From an uncultured Planctomycetia bacterium (GTDB lineage Bacteria > Omnitrophota > Gorgyraeia > Tantalellales > Tantalellaceae): 64,000 bases of DNA. Position numbers and translations under genes: made by a program. The DNA lies in contig CAZNEE010000001.1 of assembly GCA_964572255.1 (NCBI GenBank), positions 331,587-395,586 of the forward strand, given 5' to 3'. Position 1 is the first letter of the stretch; each line of letters opens with the position of its first letter. The notes under the pieces are model-generated. The model made no database searches. It was not told the DNA's origin and saw only the letters and a program-made list of their open reading frames with translations. Below, piece after piece: positions 30,304 through 39,809 of the stretch.

Positions 30304-31080
30304 ATGAATAAAAGGTTATATGTAATTGCAGCCGTTATTGCCGTGATCTTGATTTTGATCATGGCAAGGGACACGATGATCGAAAGTACCCTTAAAAAAG
30401 GCGTCAAGCGCCTTACGGGCTTGAGCATGAGGATCCAAAGGTTTAGAACAGGCGTTTTCAAGCCTTATGTGGACATAAAAGATCTCGTGCTTTATAATCC
30501 CAAAGGGTTCAAGGACAGGGTCATGGCCGATGTGCCGGAGATCTATATTTATTACGATCTGCCGTACATGTTCAAAGGCAGGCATCATTTTTACGAGATG
30601 CGCCTGGAATTACAGGAATTATTGGTCGTGAGAAATGAAAACAGCGAACTCAATCTTAACGCGTTAAAATCCTTGAAAGACCAGAGAAGCGGCGCTGCAG
30701 AAAAGCAAGAGAGGAAGCCCCTCAAGCTGGACATCGATTATCTGCATTTAAAAATAGGAAAGGTTATATACAAGGATTATTCCAAAGGCGGCGCGCCGGC
30801 AGTAAAAGAATTTAATATAGGCCTTGATGAAAGCTACACCGGGGTCGATGATCCCTATGAACTTGTAAATCTGATAATTGTAAAAGCTATCAGAAAAACT
30901 ACCATAGCGCAGCTTACCGGGTTCGATCTGCAGAGTCTGCAGGATTCCCTTTCTGTTGCTGTCAGTGCGGGCAAAAAGACGATAAAAACCGTGGCCGTTG
31001 CCGCGGAGGATACATTAAAAGATACAACTAAAGTTCTGAAAGAGGCCATTAAACTTCCGTTCAAGAAGACGGAAAAGTAG
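30304..31080 (+). CDS. AsmA-like N-anchored envelope protein
   Basis: N-terminal TM, TG + beta-strand pattern, NPKGF, NxNxELNL typical of AsmA-like N-termini. Confidence 0.65.
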   Translation: MNKRLYVIAAVIAVILILIMARDTMIESTLKKGVKRLTGLSMRIQRFRTGVFKPYVDIKDLVLYNPKGFKDRVMADVPEIYIYYDLPYMFKGRHHFYEMRLELQELLVVRNENSELNLNALKSLKDQRSGAAEKQERKPLKLDIDYLHLKIGKVIYKDYSKGGAPAVKEFNIGLDESYTGVDDPYELVNLIIVKAIRKTTIAQLTGFDLQSLQDSLSVAVSAGKKTIKTVAVAAEDTLKDTTKVLKEAIKLPFKKTEK

Positions 31081-31106
31081 CTATTGATAATTTCCGGGAG
31101 GGATAA

Positions 31107-31466
31107 ATGCTTTTAAAAATATTAGGGGCTTTATGGATACTTTTCGGCCTTTTGTGGCTCATTTTTCCCAATATGCTGAAAAATCGCCTGAAGAAAAAAT
31201 TAAGCCGGAAAATAAGAAGGGTCGTATTCGCTTTTTTAATAGTCTTCGGCCTTGTTTTAGCGGGAAGTGTCCTCAAAGTTCAGGGTATCCTTCCAAAGAT
31301 AATAGGTATCATAGGCCTGGTACTGGCTATAAAAGGGTTCATGCTCATCACGTCAAAGACTTCCGAAAAGTTCTTTGACTGGCTGGCGACGAGGTCAATA
31401 ATATACTTCAGGATAATGGCATTGGTTATCCTGGGAATAGGCATAGCTGTAGTATTTTTCATGTAG
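31107..31466 (+). CDS. Hypothetical 4-TM membrane protein
   Basis: SD GGGAGG; four hydrophobic segments. Confidence 0.75.
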   Translation: MLLKILGALWILFGLLWLIFPNMLKNRLKKKLSRKIRRVVFAFLIVFGLVLAGSVLKVQGILPKIIGIIGLVLAIKGFMLITSKTSEKFFDWLATRSIIYFRIMALVILGIGIAVVFFM

Positions 31467-31470
31467 GTAC

Positions 31471-31989
31471 ATGGCAGGAGGACTGATGGAGATATTGGGG
31501 CTCTCGATCTTAATAATATTCAGCTTGATCGGATTCGCAGCGATATTTTTTACCACCTTCGGGACTTTGATCATACTTATCGGATCGTTCTTATATGCGC
31601 TCTTGACGCAATTTTCTCTGATAAATATCGAAGCGTTCATACTTATCCTGATATTGTATCTTATCGGAGAAGTGCTTGAATATGTATTTGTTATTATCGG
31701 CGCCAAAAAGTTCGGCGCTTCCAATGTAGCTGTTGCGGGCGCCATAATCGGCGGCATACTGGGAGCGATCGTAGGCGCGGGAGTTTTCGGGGTAGGTCTT
31801 ATACTGGGCACTTTCCTGGGGATCTTTCTCGGGGCTTTTCTTGTTGAACTTATCATCCAGAAAGATCTTGTTAAATCGCTAAAGGCAGGTACGGGAGGGA
31901 TACTGGGAAGGTTCGGAGCGATAATAGCTAAAGTGCTGATAGCATTACTGATGTTCTATATCATGGCATCCAGCATAATAAGGGTTTAA
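31471..31989 (+). CDS. DUF456 family membrane protein
   Basis: GAKKFGAS, GAIIGGILG, FLGAFLVEL; start may be 31486. Confidence 0.85.
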   Translation: MAGGLMEILGLSILIIFSLIGFAAIFFTTFGTLIILIGSFLYALLTQFSLINIEAFILILILYLIGEVLEYVFVIIGAKKFGASNVAVAGAIIGGILGAIVGAGVFGVGLILGTFLGIFLGAFLVELIIQKDLVKSLKAGTGGILGRFGAIIAKVLIALLMFYIMASSIIRV

Positions 31990-32037
31990 TCGAAGAGGAT
32001 CACAAATTGAGCATCTTGAGGCAGAACAGGAGTTAAC

Positions 32038-32430
32038 ATGATAAAAAATAAAACACTTGTTATATTGTTCGGATTAACATTGCTCGTCTTTGGCTGCACC
32101 GCAGAAAAAGTTGTTGATGTCAACGTGGCGGGGAATAAGACAATACATTTAAGGGTGGGACAAACTGTAAACGTCAAACTGGGATCCAATCCCACTACCG
32201 GATACATATGGATGCTTGCGGAAAAAGAGGGCTATAATGCGCTTACCAGACTCGGCAATTATAAATATGTACCTGACGCAACCCGGCGTATAGGAGCGGG
32301 AGGCACGCAAGTCTTTACCTTTGAGGGCGCAAAAAGAGGGCAGGCAGAACTTGTGTTTGAATATCGCAGGCCGTGGGAAGGGGACAAAGCGCCGGTCAAG
32401 AAATATGAAGTCAACTTAGTCGTGCATTAG
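32038..32430 (+). CDS. Chagasin-family (I42) cysteine protease inhibitor lipoprotein
   Basis: Lipobox VFGC; NPTTGY.W, GAGG and RPW binding loops. Confidence 0.92.
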   Translation: MIKNKTLVILFGLTLLVFGCTAEKVVDVNVAGNKTIHLRVGQTVNVKLGSNPTTGYIWMLAEKEGYNALTRLGNYKYVPDATRRIGAGGTQVFTFEGAKRGQAELVFEYRRPWEGDKAPVKKYEVNLVVH

Positions 32431-32440
32431 AGAAGGCCTT

Positions 32441-33172
32441 TTACTTCAAATAATGCTTTGTTAATTCAGCCTTCAGGAAATTAAAAGCCGAATCAACATC
32501 ATCAAAAAAGGAAAATAGCTTCATATCCTTTTTATCGATCATATTCTCCTTGATGAACAGATCAAAATCGATCAGTTTTTTCCAATAATCCGAACCGTAG
32601 ATGACTATCGGCACGTTTTTTCTTAACGTCTTCGTTTGAACGAGAGTGAGGATCTCGAACATCTCATCAAGCGTTCCGAAGCCTCCGGGAAAAAGTACCA
32701 GGGCTTTCGCGAGGTACACGAACCAGAATTTGCGGACAAAGAAATAATGGAATATAAAAGACAGTTCTTTGGATTGATATAAGTTCGGTTCCTGTTCTTC
32801 AGGGATACTGATATTAAGTCCCACGGATTTTCCGCCCGCTTTTTTTGCGCCGCGATTCGCAGCTTCCATGATACCGCCGCCGCCGCCGGAAGCTATGACA
32901 AAACGTCTTTGGGAGCCTGTCAGGCCTAAAGACCATTTTGTGAGTTTTTCTGCGAGCTTCATCGCATCTTTGTAATATCTATTTTTGGGGTTTGTTCTTG
33001 CCGAGCCGAAGAAGACTATAGTGTCTTTTATGTTATATTTTCGGAAGCGCTGGCGGGGTTCGATGAATTCGCTCAAGATTCGTAAATGCCTGGCGCCGGG
33101 CGAATTCAAAAAGTCCAGGTTCTTGTAAGCTTTTTGCGGCCAAGTTCTTGATGAGGCTTTTTTCTTTGCCAT
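32441..33172 (-). CDS. LOG family nucleotide phosphoribohydrolase
   Basis: FFGSAR, GGGGGIMEAAN, YFFVRK, PGGFGTLDE. Confidence 0.93.
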   Translation of the reverse strand: MAKKKASSRTWPQKAYKNLDFLNSPGARHLRILSEFIEPRQRFRKYNIKDTIVFFGSARTNPKNRYYKDAMKLAEKLTKWSLGLTGSQRRFVIASGGGGGIMEAANRGAKKAGGKSVGLNISIPEEQEPNLYQSKELSFIFHYFFVRKFWFVYLAKALVLFPGGFGTLDEMFEILTLVQTKTLRKNVPIVIYGSDYWKKLIDFDLFIKENMIDKKDMKLFSFFDDVDSAFNFLKAELTKHYLK

Positions 33173-33342
33173 TTATTTATCTCCTTTATTTGTGATCTTA
33201 ACTATAATAGTTTACCAAATAATTCTATAATTACAAATTTTTTAAAGCTATAAATACTTGTTAATTAGCTAGTTTCGTGGTATATAGTTTTAAAGATCAT
33301 ATAGACGCCAAAATAAATTTTATTGCTAATATCGGAGGGAAA

Positions 33343-33993
33343 ATGATAGATCTTCATACTCATTCACTGTTAAGCGACGGGGAACTTCTGCCCAGCGAGC
33401 TTGCAAGGCGGGCTCAGGTCAACGGCTGCACGGCTATTGCCGTAACAGATCACGTGGACCACTCAAATATTGATAATGTCGTGGAAAGTCTGGTGAGGGT
33501 TTCAAGCCAGATCAATAAATACTGGGACATAACGGTGATACCGGGAGTCGAGATCACGCACGCCCCGCTTGAGTCTTTCAAAGCTCTGGTAGAACATGCC
33601 CGTAAAAAAGGAGCGAAAGTAATTATCGGGCACGGCGAATCTCCGGTCGAGCCCGTCATCCCGGGCACCAATGCGGCAGCTATAAACGCAGGGGTCGATA
33701 TACTCGCGCACCCCGGTTATATCAGTGAACAGGACGCTTCTTTAGCCCGCGAAAAAGGGGTTTATCTTGAGATCACCTGTAGAGATGGCCATTCTGAAAC
33801 CAACAAACACGTGTTCGATGCAGCTTCCAAGGCGGGGGCAAAAATGGTGCTCTCGACTGACGCGCATGCACCCGCAGATCTTCTCACGCAAGAGAAACGG
33901 GAAGATGTCCTGGGATCCTTAACGGAGTCTTTCGATATCATTGCCGGCATTCTGGCTAACTCTGAAGAGATAGTGAAGAGGATCCGCGGATAA
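33343..33993 (+). CDS. PHP-domain protein (histidinol-phosphatase-like)
   Basis: DLHTHS, TDH, GVEITH, LAHPG, STDAH; SD GGAGG before ATG 33343. Confidence 0.9.
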   Translation: MIDLHTHSLLSDGELLPSELARRAQVNGCTAIAVTDHVDHSNIDNVVESLVRVSSQINKYWDITVIPGVEITHAPLESFKALVEHARKKGAKVIIGHGESPVEPVIPGTNAAAINAGVDILAHPGYISEQDASLAREKGVYLEITCRDGHSETNKHVFDAASKAGAKMVLSTDAHAPADLLTQEKREDVLGSLTESFDIIAGILANSEEIVKRIRG

Positions 33994-34042
33994 TCCATAA
34001 CACTTTATTCTCTTAACAGAAAATTTTTTTTGTTTTCCACCC

Positions 34043-34070
34043 TTGACACCACTAAGCTTTGTGGTATACT
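34043..34070 (+). promoter_or_regulatory. Near-consensus sigma70 promoter upstream of the porin
   Basis: TTGACA-16 bp-TATACT with TG extended -10. Confidence 0.7.
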
Positions 34071-34072
34071 TC

Positions 34073-34294
34073 AACAAATATGAACACGAGGTTAACTTTA
34101 AGTTAATTCTTAAAGTGTGTCTTGTTCTCTATATACCTGTATACCTAACGTATGTACCGCCGATGCAGTTTCAAATCAGGCAAAGAAAGGGGGGAGGAAA
34201 TAAACCAATTGGACTTAAATGCCGGAAACTGTAAATTTTCCAAGGCGATACTAACATAGAAAAAGTAATGCAAGAACGGGTGAATAACCCGTTC
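34073..34294 (+). other. Long structured 5' leader (or sRNA) of the porin gene
   Basis: Palindrome TTAACT/AGTTAA, nested helices CGCC/GGCG, GCAGTTTC/GAAACTGT, GGCA/TGCC, and hairpin GAACGGGT/ACCCGTTC. Confidence 0.45.
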
Positions 34295-34345
34295 ATTTGA
34301 GATATTTCTAAAGCAACAGAAAAAACTACCTTTTAAGGAGGTAAA

Positions 34346-35827
34346 ATGAGATTTGTAAAAGCTTTATTGGTTTTGGCGCTTGTATTCGCAATGTCTGCGA
34401 TCGTATACGCCGAAACACAGAGTGTGAAAGTCAGCGGCGACCTCGCAATGCGCGCTTTCGCAAGAAACAATTTTGATCTGAACAGAGATGATGCTGAAGG
34501 TGCTAACGGTACAACATCATCAGACTGGGCAACATACCTGACAAGCACAGCCGAAGTTCAGATCGATGCCGACCTCACTGACAACGTATCTGGTGTTATC
34601 AGACTTATCAACCAGAGAGTATGGGGCAGCGGAGACAAAGCGGCTGAAGCTAACGGTGAACTTGGTGAAGTAGGCGCTCCTTTTCAGGATCAAGTTACAG
34701 CCAGAGTTATGACAAACGATCGCGAAGATGAGTTCCAGATCGATGTTGACCTGGCTTACATTGAGCTGAAAGAGTTCCTCTACAGCCCGCTCACGCTCAG
34801 GATCGGTCGTCAGGACCTTTGGTTCGGTAAAGGTTTCATCATTGGCGCAAACCTTCAGGATCCTGAAAACAAACTGTATGCTCCGGAATACACAGCTATC
34901 CAGTCATTTGATGCCATAAGAGCGACTCTTGACTATGATCCTTGGACGATCGACGCTGTATTCGCAAAGATTACTGAAAACTTGAGAAGATCAGACGATG
35001 ACACAAATCTTTGGGGCGTAAACGTAGGCTACGTATTTGATGAGTACAACGCAGAAGCAGAAGCTTACTGGTGGTACAAGCAGGATAGGTTTACCGGTTC
35101 CGGAAATACTGGTGCACTTACTCCTGGTTTGATCGATGTTATAAACAGCCATGATGACAATGACGTTCATGTAATTGGCTTAAGAGGCAGCATGGACCCG
35201 ATCGAAGACTGGACAATGGCTCTTGAAGGTGCTTACCAGTTCGGCAACTATCTCGGCGCTAACAGCCAGATAGAAGACAGAGACAGAAGCGCCTGGGCGA
35301 TCGATGCAATGGTCGAATGCCGTTACTTCCAGGATGACTATGCCTGGAAACCCGTTCTTGCCGCTGAATATATCTTCTATTCCGGCCAGGACAACATGGG
35401 TAACGTAGCAGCTACTTCTTCCGGCGACTACAATGGCTGGGATCCGATGTTCAGAGGGAAATTTGACACAAAGATCAGAGAGTACCAGAACTGGTTCTAC
35501 AGAACAGCCATGGCAAGCTGCCCGTCCTTCACTAACCAGCACCAGGTGTTGGTGAGAGGTTCAGTTGAACCGACTGACAGCTTGACAGTTAGCGCGCAGT
35601 ACGCTCATTTCTGGCTCGCGGAGTCATGGGCCACTGTAACTAACACTGTTCCTCAGAACACAGATAAAGATGTAGGCTCAGAAGTTGACCTTGAGCTTAC
35701 CTGGGATTACACAGAAGATGTGCAGTTCGGTCTTTTAACTGCATGGTTCTTCCCGGGCGGTCACTTTGCAGGCGGCGAGGACGACATAGCTACAGATATG
35801 GTCGCTTCTGTAAAACTCAGCTTCTAA
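34346..35827 (+). CDS. Outer-membrane beta-barrel, alginate export (AlgE-like) family
   Basis: Signal peptide, RIGRQDLWFG, FDAIR, GSEVD, C-terminal beta-signal VKLSF; perfect SD TAAGGAGGT. Confidence 0.85.
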   Translation: MRFVKALLVLALVFAMSAIVYAETQSVKVSGDLAMRAFARNNFDLNRDDAEGANGTTSSDWATYLTSTAEVQIDADLTDNVSGVIRLINQRVWGSGDKAAEANGELGEVGAPFQDQVTARVMTNDREDEFQIDVDLAYIELKEFLYSPLTLRIGRQDLWFGKGFIIGANLQDPENKLYAPEYTAIQSFDAIRATLDYDPWTIDAVFAKITENLRRSDDDTNLWGVNVGYVFDEYNAEAEAYWWYKQDRFTGSGNTGALTPGLIDVINSHDDNDVHVIGLRGSMDPIEDWTMALEGAYQFGNYLGANSQIEDRDRSAWAIDAMVECRYFQDDYAWKPVLAAEYIFYSGQDNMGNVAATSSGDYNGWDPMFRGKFDTKIREYQNWFYRTAMASCPSFTNQHQVLVRGSVEPTDSLTVSAQYAHFWLAESWATVTNTVPQNTDKDVGSEVDLELTWDYTEDVQFGLLTAWFFPGGHFAGGEDDIATDMVASVKLSF

Positions 35828-35849
35828 GTTCGTTCTAGAAAAGCTAACT

Positions 35850-35889
35850 AAAACCCCGGTTCGGGTTCGCTCGAACCGGGGTTTTTTTT
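35850..35889 (+). terminator. Rho-independent terminator after the porin
   Basis: AAAACCCCGGTTCGGG-TTCG-CTCGAACCGGGG followed by a T run. Confidence 0.92.
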
Positions 35890-35982
35890 ATTTCGGAATA
35901 TGTTGACTTTTACTTCCCATACATTACAATATATAATAATATAATTAATACCTTGAGTTTAAAAACGGGGAAAGGGGAGAAA

Positions 35983-36327
35983 ATGGAAGAAGAAAAGAAA
36001 CCTCAAGAAGAGTCATCTCAACCGAACCAATCAAGCGGCAATGCATATGCCATTCTTTCGTATCTTTGGATACTGTGTCTTATTCCGCTTCTCATGAAAA
36101 AAGACGATGAGTTTGTTTTGTTTCATGCAAAACAGGGGCTCATGCTTTTTATAGTGGAAGTCGCGATAGGGATAATCGGTATCATACCTTTTCTTGGATG
36201 GCTTATCGTAATGCTTGGGACATTAGCATGCGGTATCCTTTCTATAATGGGTATCATCCAGGTTCTCATGGGCAATATGTGGAAGATGCCGGTCATAGGC
36301 GATTGGGCTGAAAAGATAACCGTATAA
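35983..36327 (+). CDS. DUF4870 family membrane protein
   Basis: LSYLWILCLIP, FVLFHAKQG, MPVIG. Confidence 0.85.
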   Translation: MEEEKKPQEESSQPNQSSGNAYAILSYLWILCLIPLLMKKDDEFVLFHAKQGLMLFIVEVAIGIIGIIPFLGWLIVMLGTLACGILSIMGIIQVLMGNMWKMPVIGDWAEKITV

Positions 36328-36342
36328 CCAGAGGGATCTTCT

Positions 36343-37173
36343 GTGAATAAGCGGAAAAAGAGCATTTTACTGTTCCTGATTACCGCATTGATCATTTGCT
36401 TATTTGTGATCTTCTTGAGCAGTACCTTCTTCATGGAAAAAGCGGAGAAGTTCCAGGAAGGTACGCGGAAGATCGTGAAGATAGTAAAGAAGTTTTCTTT
36501 TGCGGATTCCAGAAGTCTTGTCGATTGGGAGGAAAAAGTCCTTACAAGCAGGAAGACAGAATACCGGCTCGGCAAGGAAGACGGAAAAAGCTGCGTTACG
36601 GCCACGAGCAAGGATTCCGCGTCTTCACTGTATTACAAGCAGGAGCTTTCACACGATAAGAATCCCTATATAAGCTGGGAATGGATCGTGAAGAAGTTCC
36701 CCGAGAGAAAAGGCAAGGAAACTTTAAACAAGAAAAAAGAATTTGATTTCGCGGCGCAGGTTTACGTTATATTTTACTCGCGTTTTTTTCTCAATACGAA
36801 AGCTATTCAGTATGTATGGACCGAGACCATACCCGTCGGCGTGGTGGCGAATAATCCTTACACGAAAAACGTGAAGCTCATGGTGCTCGAGACAGGCCCT
36901 TCAGAAACGTGGAAAAGTGAAGAGCGGGACATAACGGAAGATTTCAGGCTGCTTTTCGGAGAAGACCTGAGCAAGGATGTAAGGGCCATAGCTTTCATGA
37001 CGGATGCGGACAGCACCGGTTCGGAAGCTGAAGCGTGCTTTGCGAATGTCACTCTCGGTTACATAACAAAGAACGGGGAAGAGTGCATGGATGAGAAAAT
37101 AAAATCTCCGTGGGAGAAAGTGAAGGATTATTTTTTGCCTTTTTCAACATATAACGAAAGGAGCAGCCATTAA
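36343..37173 (+). CDS. DUF3047 domain protein
   Basis: ISWEW, DFAAQVYVIF, YVW, W.SEERDI..DF..LFG, AFMTDADST. Confidence 0.85.
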   Translation: MNKRKKSILLFLITALIICLFVIFLSSTFFMEKAEKFQEGTRKIVKIVKKFSFADSRSLVDWEEKVLTSRKTEYRLGKEDGKSCVTATSKDSASSLYYKQELSHDKNPYISWEWIVKKFPERKGKETLNKKKEFDFAAQVYVIFYSRFFLNTKAIQYVWTETIPVGVVANNPYTKNVKLMVLETGPSETWKSEERDITEDFRLLFGEDLSKDVRAIAFMTDADSTGSEAEACFANVTLGYITKNGEECMDEKIKSPWEKVKDYFLPFSTYNERSSH

Positions 37174-37579
37174 ATATCTCAATACCTCTTTAAGGAAACA
37201 TTATCTGGTGATAATTGTTTTTGCCATGCTGATACCGACTTTGTTCGTCGGAGGTTGCCTTTATTATTTTATTCTTACCGTGATGGCCGAACAGCTTGCT
37301 CTTCCGGATGTCATCGCCCGGAATTTGCTGCCTGTCATCGAAAGAATTAACCTTGTATTGATCGTCGGTCTGCCGATCGTGTTCGCGGTCATGCTTACAT
37401 GGGCGATAGTTCTTTCATACAAGTTTGTTGCGCCCCTTGAACGCCTGGAAGAAGACCTTGAAAAGATCGATGAAGGGGATTATTCGGTAAGACTCGAAGT
37501 CAGCCAGGATCATGAGCTCAGTCCGATCGCGAACGTGATCAATGATCTTGTTGACCAGCTTGAAAAACATAAAGGCTAA
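37169..37579 (+). CDS. Small 2-TM protein with a C-terminal HAMP domain
   Basis: Two TM helices then PLERL...GDYSVRL...DHEL..IA..IN; start is GTG 37208 or, more likely, ATT 37169 after SD AAAGGAG. Confidence 0.75.
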   Translation: MKYLNTSLRKHYLVIIVFAMLIPTLFVGGCLYYFILTVMAEQLALPDVIARNLLPVIERINLVLIVGLPIVFAVMLTWAIVLSYKFVAPLERLEEDLEKIDEGDYSVRLEVSQDHELSPIANVINDLVDQLEKHKG

Positions 37580-37587
37580 AAAAGTAA

Positions 37588-38379
37588 ATGAAAATCCATA
37601 AAACAGCCATTGTGGCAAAAAAAGCCGAGATCGCCGAAAGTGTCGAGATCGGCCCCAATGTTATTATTGAAGACGATGTGATTATCGCCCCCGGCGTCAA
37701 AATAATGGCGAACGCATATATATGCGCAGGCACTGAAATAGGTGAAAATACGATCATCCACATGGGGGCGGTTATCGGGAATGCGCCTCAGGATCATTCT
37801 TTTAAAGGCAAAAAGACGTTTACTAAGATCGGAAAAAACAATATTATCCGGGAATACGTGACAATACACCGCGGCACGGAAGAGGGATCATCAACCGTAA
37901 TAGGCGATAACAACTTTATCATGGTCCAGGCGCATCTGGGGCATAATTGCAGAACGGAGGATAATGTTATTATCGCGAACGGCGCTCTTCTCGCAGGACA
38001 CGTAGAAGTCGGGGAAAGCGCGTTCATTTCCGGCAACGTGGTTTTTCATCAGTTTTGCCGTATCGGGCGGTATGCAATGATAGGCGGGTTCACGGGCGTG
38101 AATAAAGATGTTCCGCCGTACATGATCGTAAGAGGGCCTTCCGCGGTGAGAGGCATCAATCTTGTCGGCCTCAGGCGCGCGAAATTCAGCACGGATGTTA
38201 TAAGGGAGATAAAAGAAGCTTATAAACTTTTGTTTCTTTCCGATCTGACCCAGAAAGAAGCGGCCGGCAGGATAAAAAAAGAATATAGGTCTGATGAAGT
38301 AAAACATTTAATTAATTTTATAAATGAATCTAAAAGAGGTATTTGTAAAGTACGTTATAGTAAAGAAGAATATTTTTAA
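37588..38379 (+). CDS. lpxA: UDP-N-acetylglucosamine O-acyltransferase
   Basis: Hexapeptide repeats, PQD, IREYVTIHRGT, LAGHV, HQFCRIG, DVPPY, GINLVGLRR. Confidence 0.95.
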   Translation: MKIHKTAIVAKKAEIAESVEIGPNVIIEDDVIIAPGVKIMANAYICAGTEIGENTIIHMGAVIGNAPQDHSFKGKKTFTKIGKNNIIREYVTIHRGTEEGSSTVIGDNNFIMVQAHLGHNCRTEDNVIIANGALLAGHVEVGESAFISGNVVFHQFCRIGRYAMIGGFTGVNKDVPPYMIVRGPSAVRGINLVGLRRAKFSTDVIREIKEAYKLLFLSDLTQKEAAGRIKKEYRSDEVKHLINFINESKRGICKVRYSKEEYF

Positions 38380-38414
38380 TAAAAAGGATTCAATAATCAG
38401 AAAAGGAGGAAGTA

Positions 38415-38768
38415 ATGGCGAAAAAAACGGATATCAACAAAATATTTGAAAAGTACAGACCGATGCTGAAAAAATTCGGAGATGAGGTCGGTGAAGCCGC
38501 CAAAAAGGGTGAAGAAGGCGTAGTCAAGATGTCCAAGCTTCTTAAACTCCAGATCGATGTCATGGGCCTTACGGTCCAGAAAGAGAAACTTTATCATGAA
38601 TTGGGCAAAGAAGTGGCGGAAAAACTCATGAAAGGCCAGACCGATATAGCGGGTCTGGAAAAATACAGGAAACGCCTCGATAAGATCATGTCCCAGGGAG
38701 AAAAAGCAAAAAAGACTATTTCAAAAGTCAAAAAAAGCGCGGGCAAGAAAAAAGCGGCTAAAAAATAA
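38415..38768 (+). CDS. Basic coiled-coil hypothetical protein with a Lys/Ala-rich tail
   Basis: SD AAGGAGG; EKLYHELGK helix; ends KKSAGKKKAAKK. Confidence 0.75.
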   Translation: MAKKTDINKIFEKYRPMLKKFGDEVGEAAKKGEEGVVKMSKLLKLQIDVMGLTVQKEKLYHELGKEVAEKLMKGQTDIAGLEKYRKRLDKIMSQGEKAKKTISKVKKSAGKKKAAKK

Positions 38769-38801
38769 TCAGTATTTATCAACTTGCAAGGAGAAAAAAT
38801 A

Positions 38802-39809
38802 ATGAACAAAAAAATTTTGATTCTAGTTATCGCAGCTGTGTTTGTTTTCGGTTCTGTTCTGTCTTATGCGGATACGTCTTACAAATTAAAACGTATGACT
38901 TCGGATCTTTATGACAGAAAGACGCATATGAAGGCCAAGAGGTATCTTTCCAATTACGGTAAAGATGTAACGCCGTTCGTTCTGCCGCTTCTTAAGGATA
39001 AAAACAATGAAAGGGTCAGGGTGGCTGCTCTTTATATAATCGGTAAAGTGGGGGATACTTCGGCAGAGGACGAAGTTATCGCGAGCCTGAAAGACAGAGA
39101 TCACAGGGTAAGGCAGGAAGCCGCAAGAACATTAAGCGTCATCGGCTCACAAAAAGCGGTAGAGCCGCTTAAAAGGCTTTTAAATGATTCTTTTCCGGAT
39201 GTAAGATTTAACGCCATAAGGGCTTTGTCCAATATCGCGCCTAAAGATGAAACCGATCTTTTTACGAACGTATTGAACGATTATGATCCGCGCATACGCA
39301 TGTTTGCCGTTAGAGCTTTGGGGAATTTAAAGGTTAAAAGCGCGGTGCCTTATTTATCCCGGATGACGGGCGATCCGGATCCGGCGGTAAGGATAGAGCT
39401 TGCTAAAGCTCTGGGTGATATCGGATCAGATGACAGCCTTCAAGCTCTTACATGGCTTCTTGGCGATCCTGATCTTCAGGTCCGTATACTTGCCGTGGAA
39501 AGCCTCGGCAAACTCAAGACTTCCGCGGCGGATGAGGCTTTGGCCCAGGCAGCGGATTCCAGTGACCCCAGAGTTGCCAGTATCGCTATACTGTCGCTTG
39601 GCGACAGGAAAAGCTCAAAGGCTCTCGAAGTCGCAAGGGCGCATCTGGATGACGAGCATTTATCCGTAAAGCTCGCGTCCATCGAGGTAGTGGGCAAGAT
39701 GGGCGGAAGCGGCGATAAAGACCCTCTTAAGAACATGCTTGATGCGGAATCTTCAAAGGTAAGAAGGAGCGCCCAGAAAGCTTTGCAGGGGGTTGAAGGA
39801 AGCAAATGA
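38802..39809 (+). CDS. Secreted HEAT/PBS-lyase repeat protein
   Basis: Signal peptide then about nine L.D.D..VR..A..ALG repeats. Confidence 0.9.
   Translation: MNKKILILVIAAVFVFGSVLSYADTSYKLKRMTSDLYDRKTHMKAKRYLSNYGKDVTPFVLPLLKDKNNERVRVAALYIIGKVGDTSAEDEVIASLKDRDHRVRQEAARTLSVIGSQKAVEPLKRLLNDSFPDVRFNAIRALSNIAPKDETDLFTNVLNDYDPRIRMFAVRALGNLKVKSAVPYLSRMTGDPDPAVRIELAKALGDIGSDDSLQALTWLLGDPDLQVRILAVESLGKLKTSAADEALAQAADSSDPRVASIAILSLGDRKSSKALEVARAHLDDEHLSVKLASIEVVGKMGGSGDKDPLKNMLDAESSKVRRSAQKALQGVEGSK

Noticed and set aside
34073-34294. 6S RNA, SRP RNA or tmRNA
   Set aside because: No single closing rod with a central bubble, no SRP motif and no tRNA-like ends recognisable by eye
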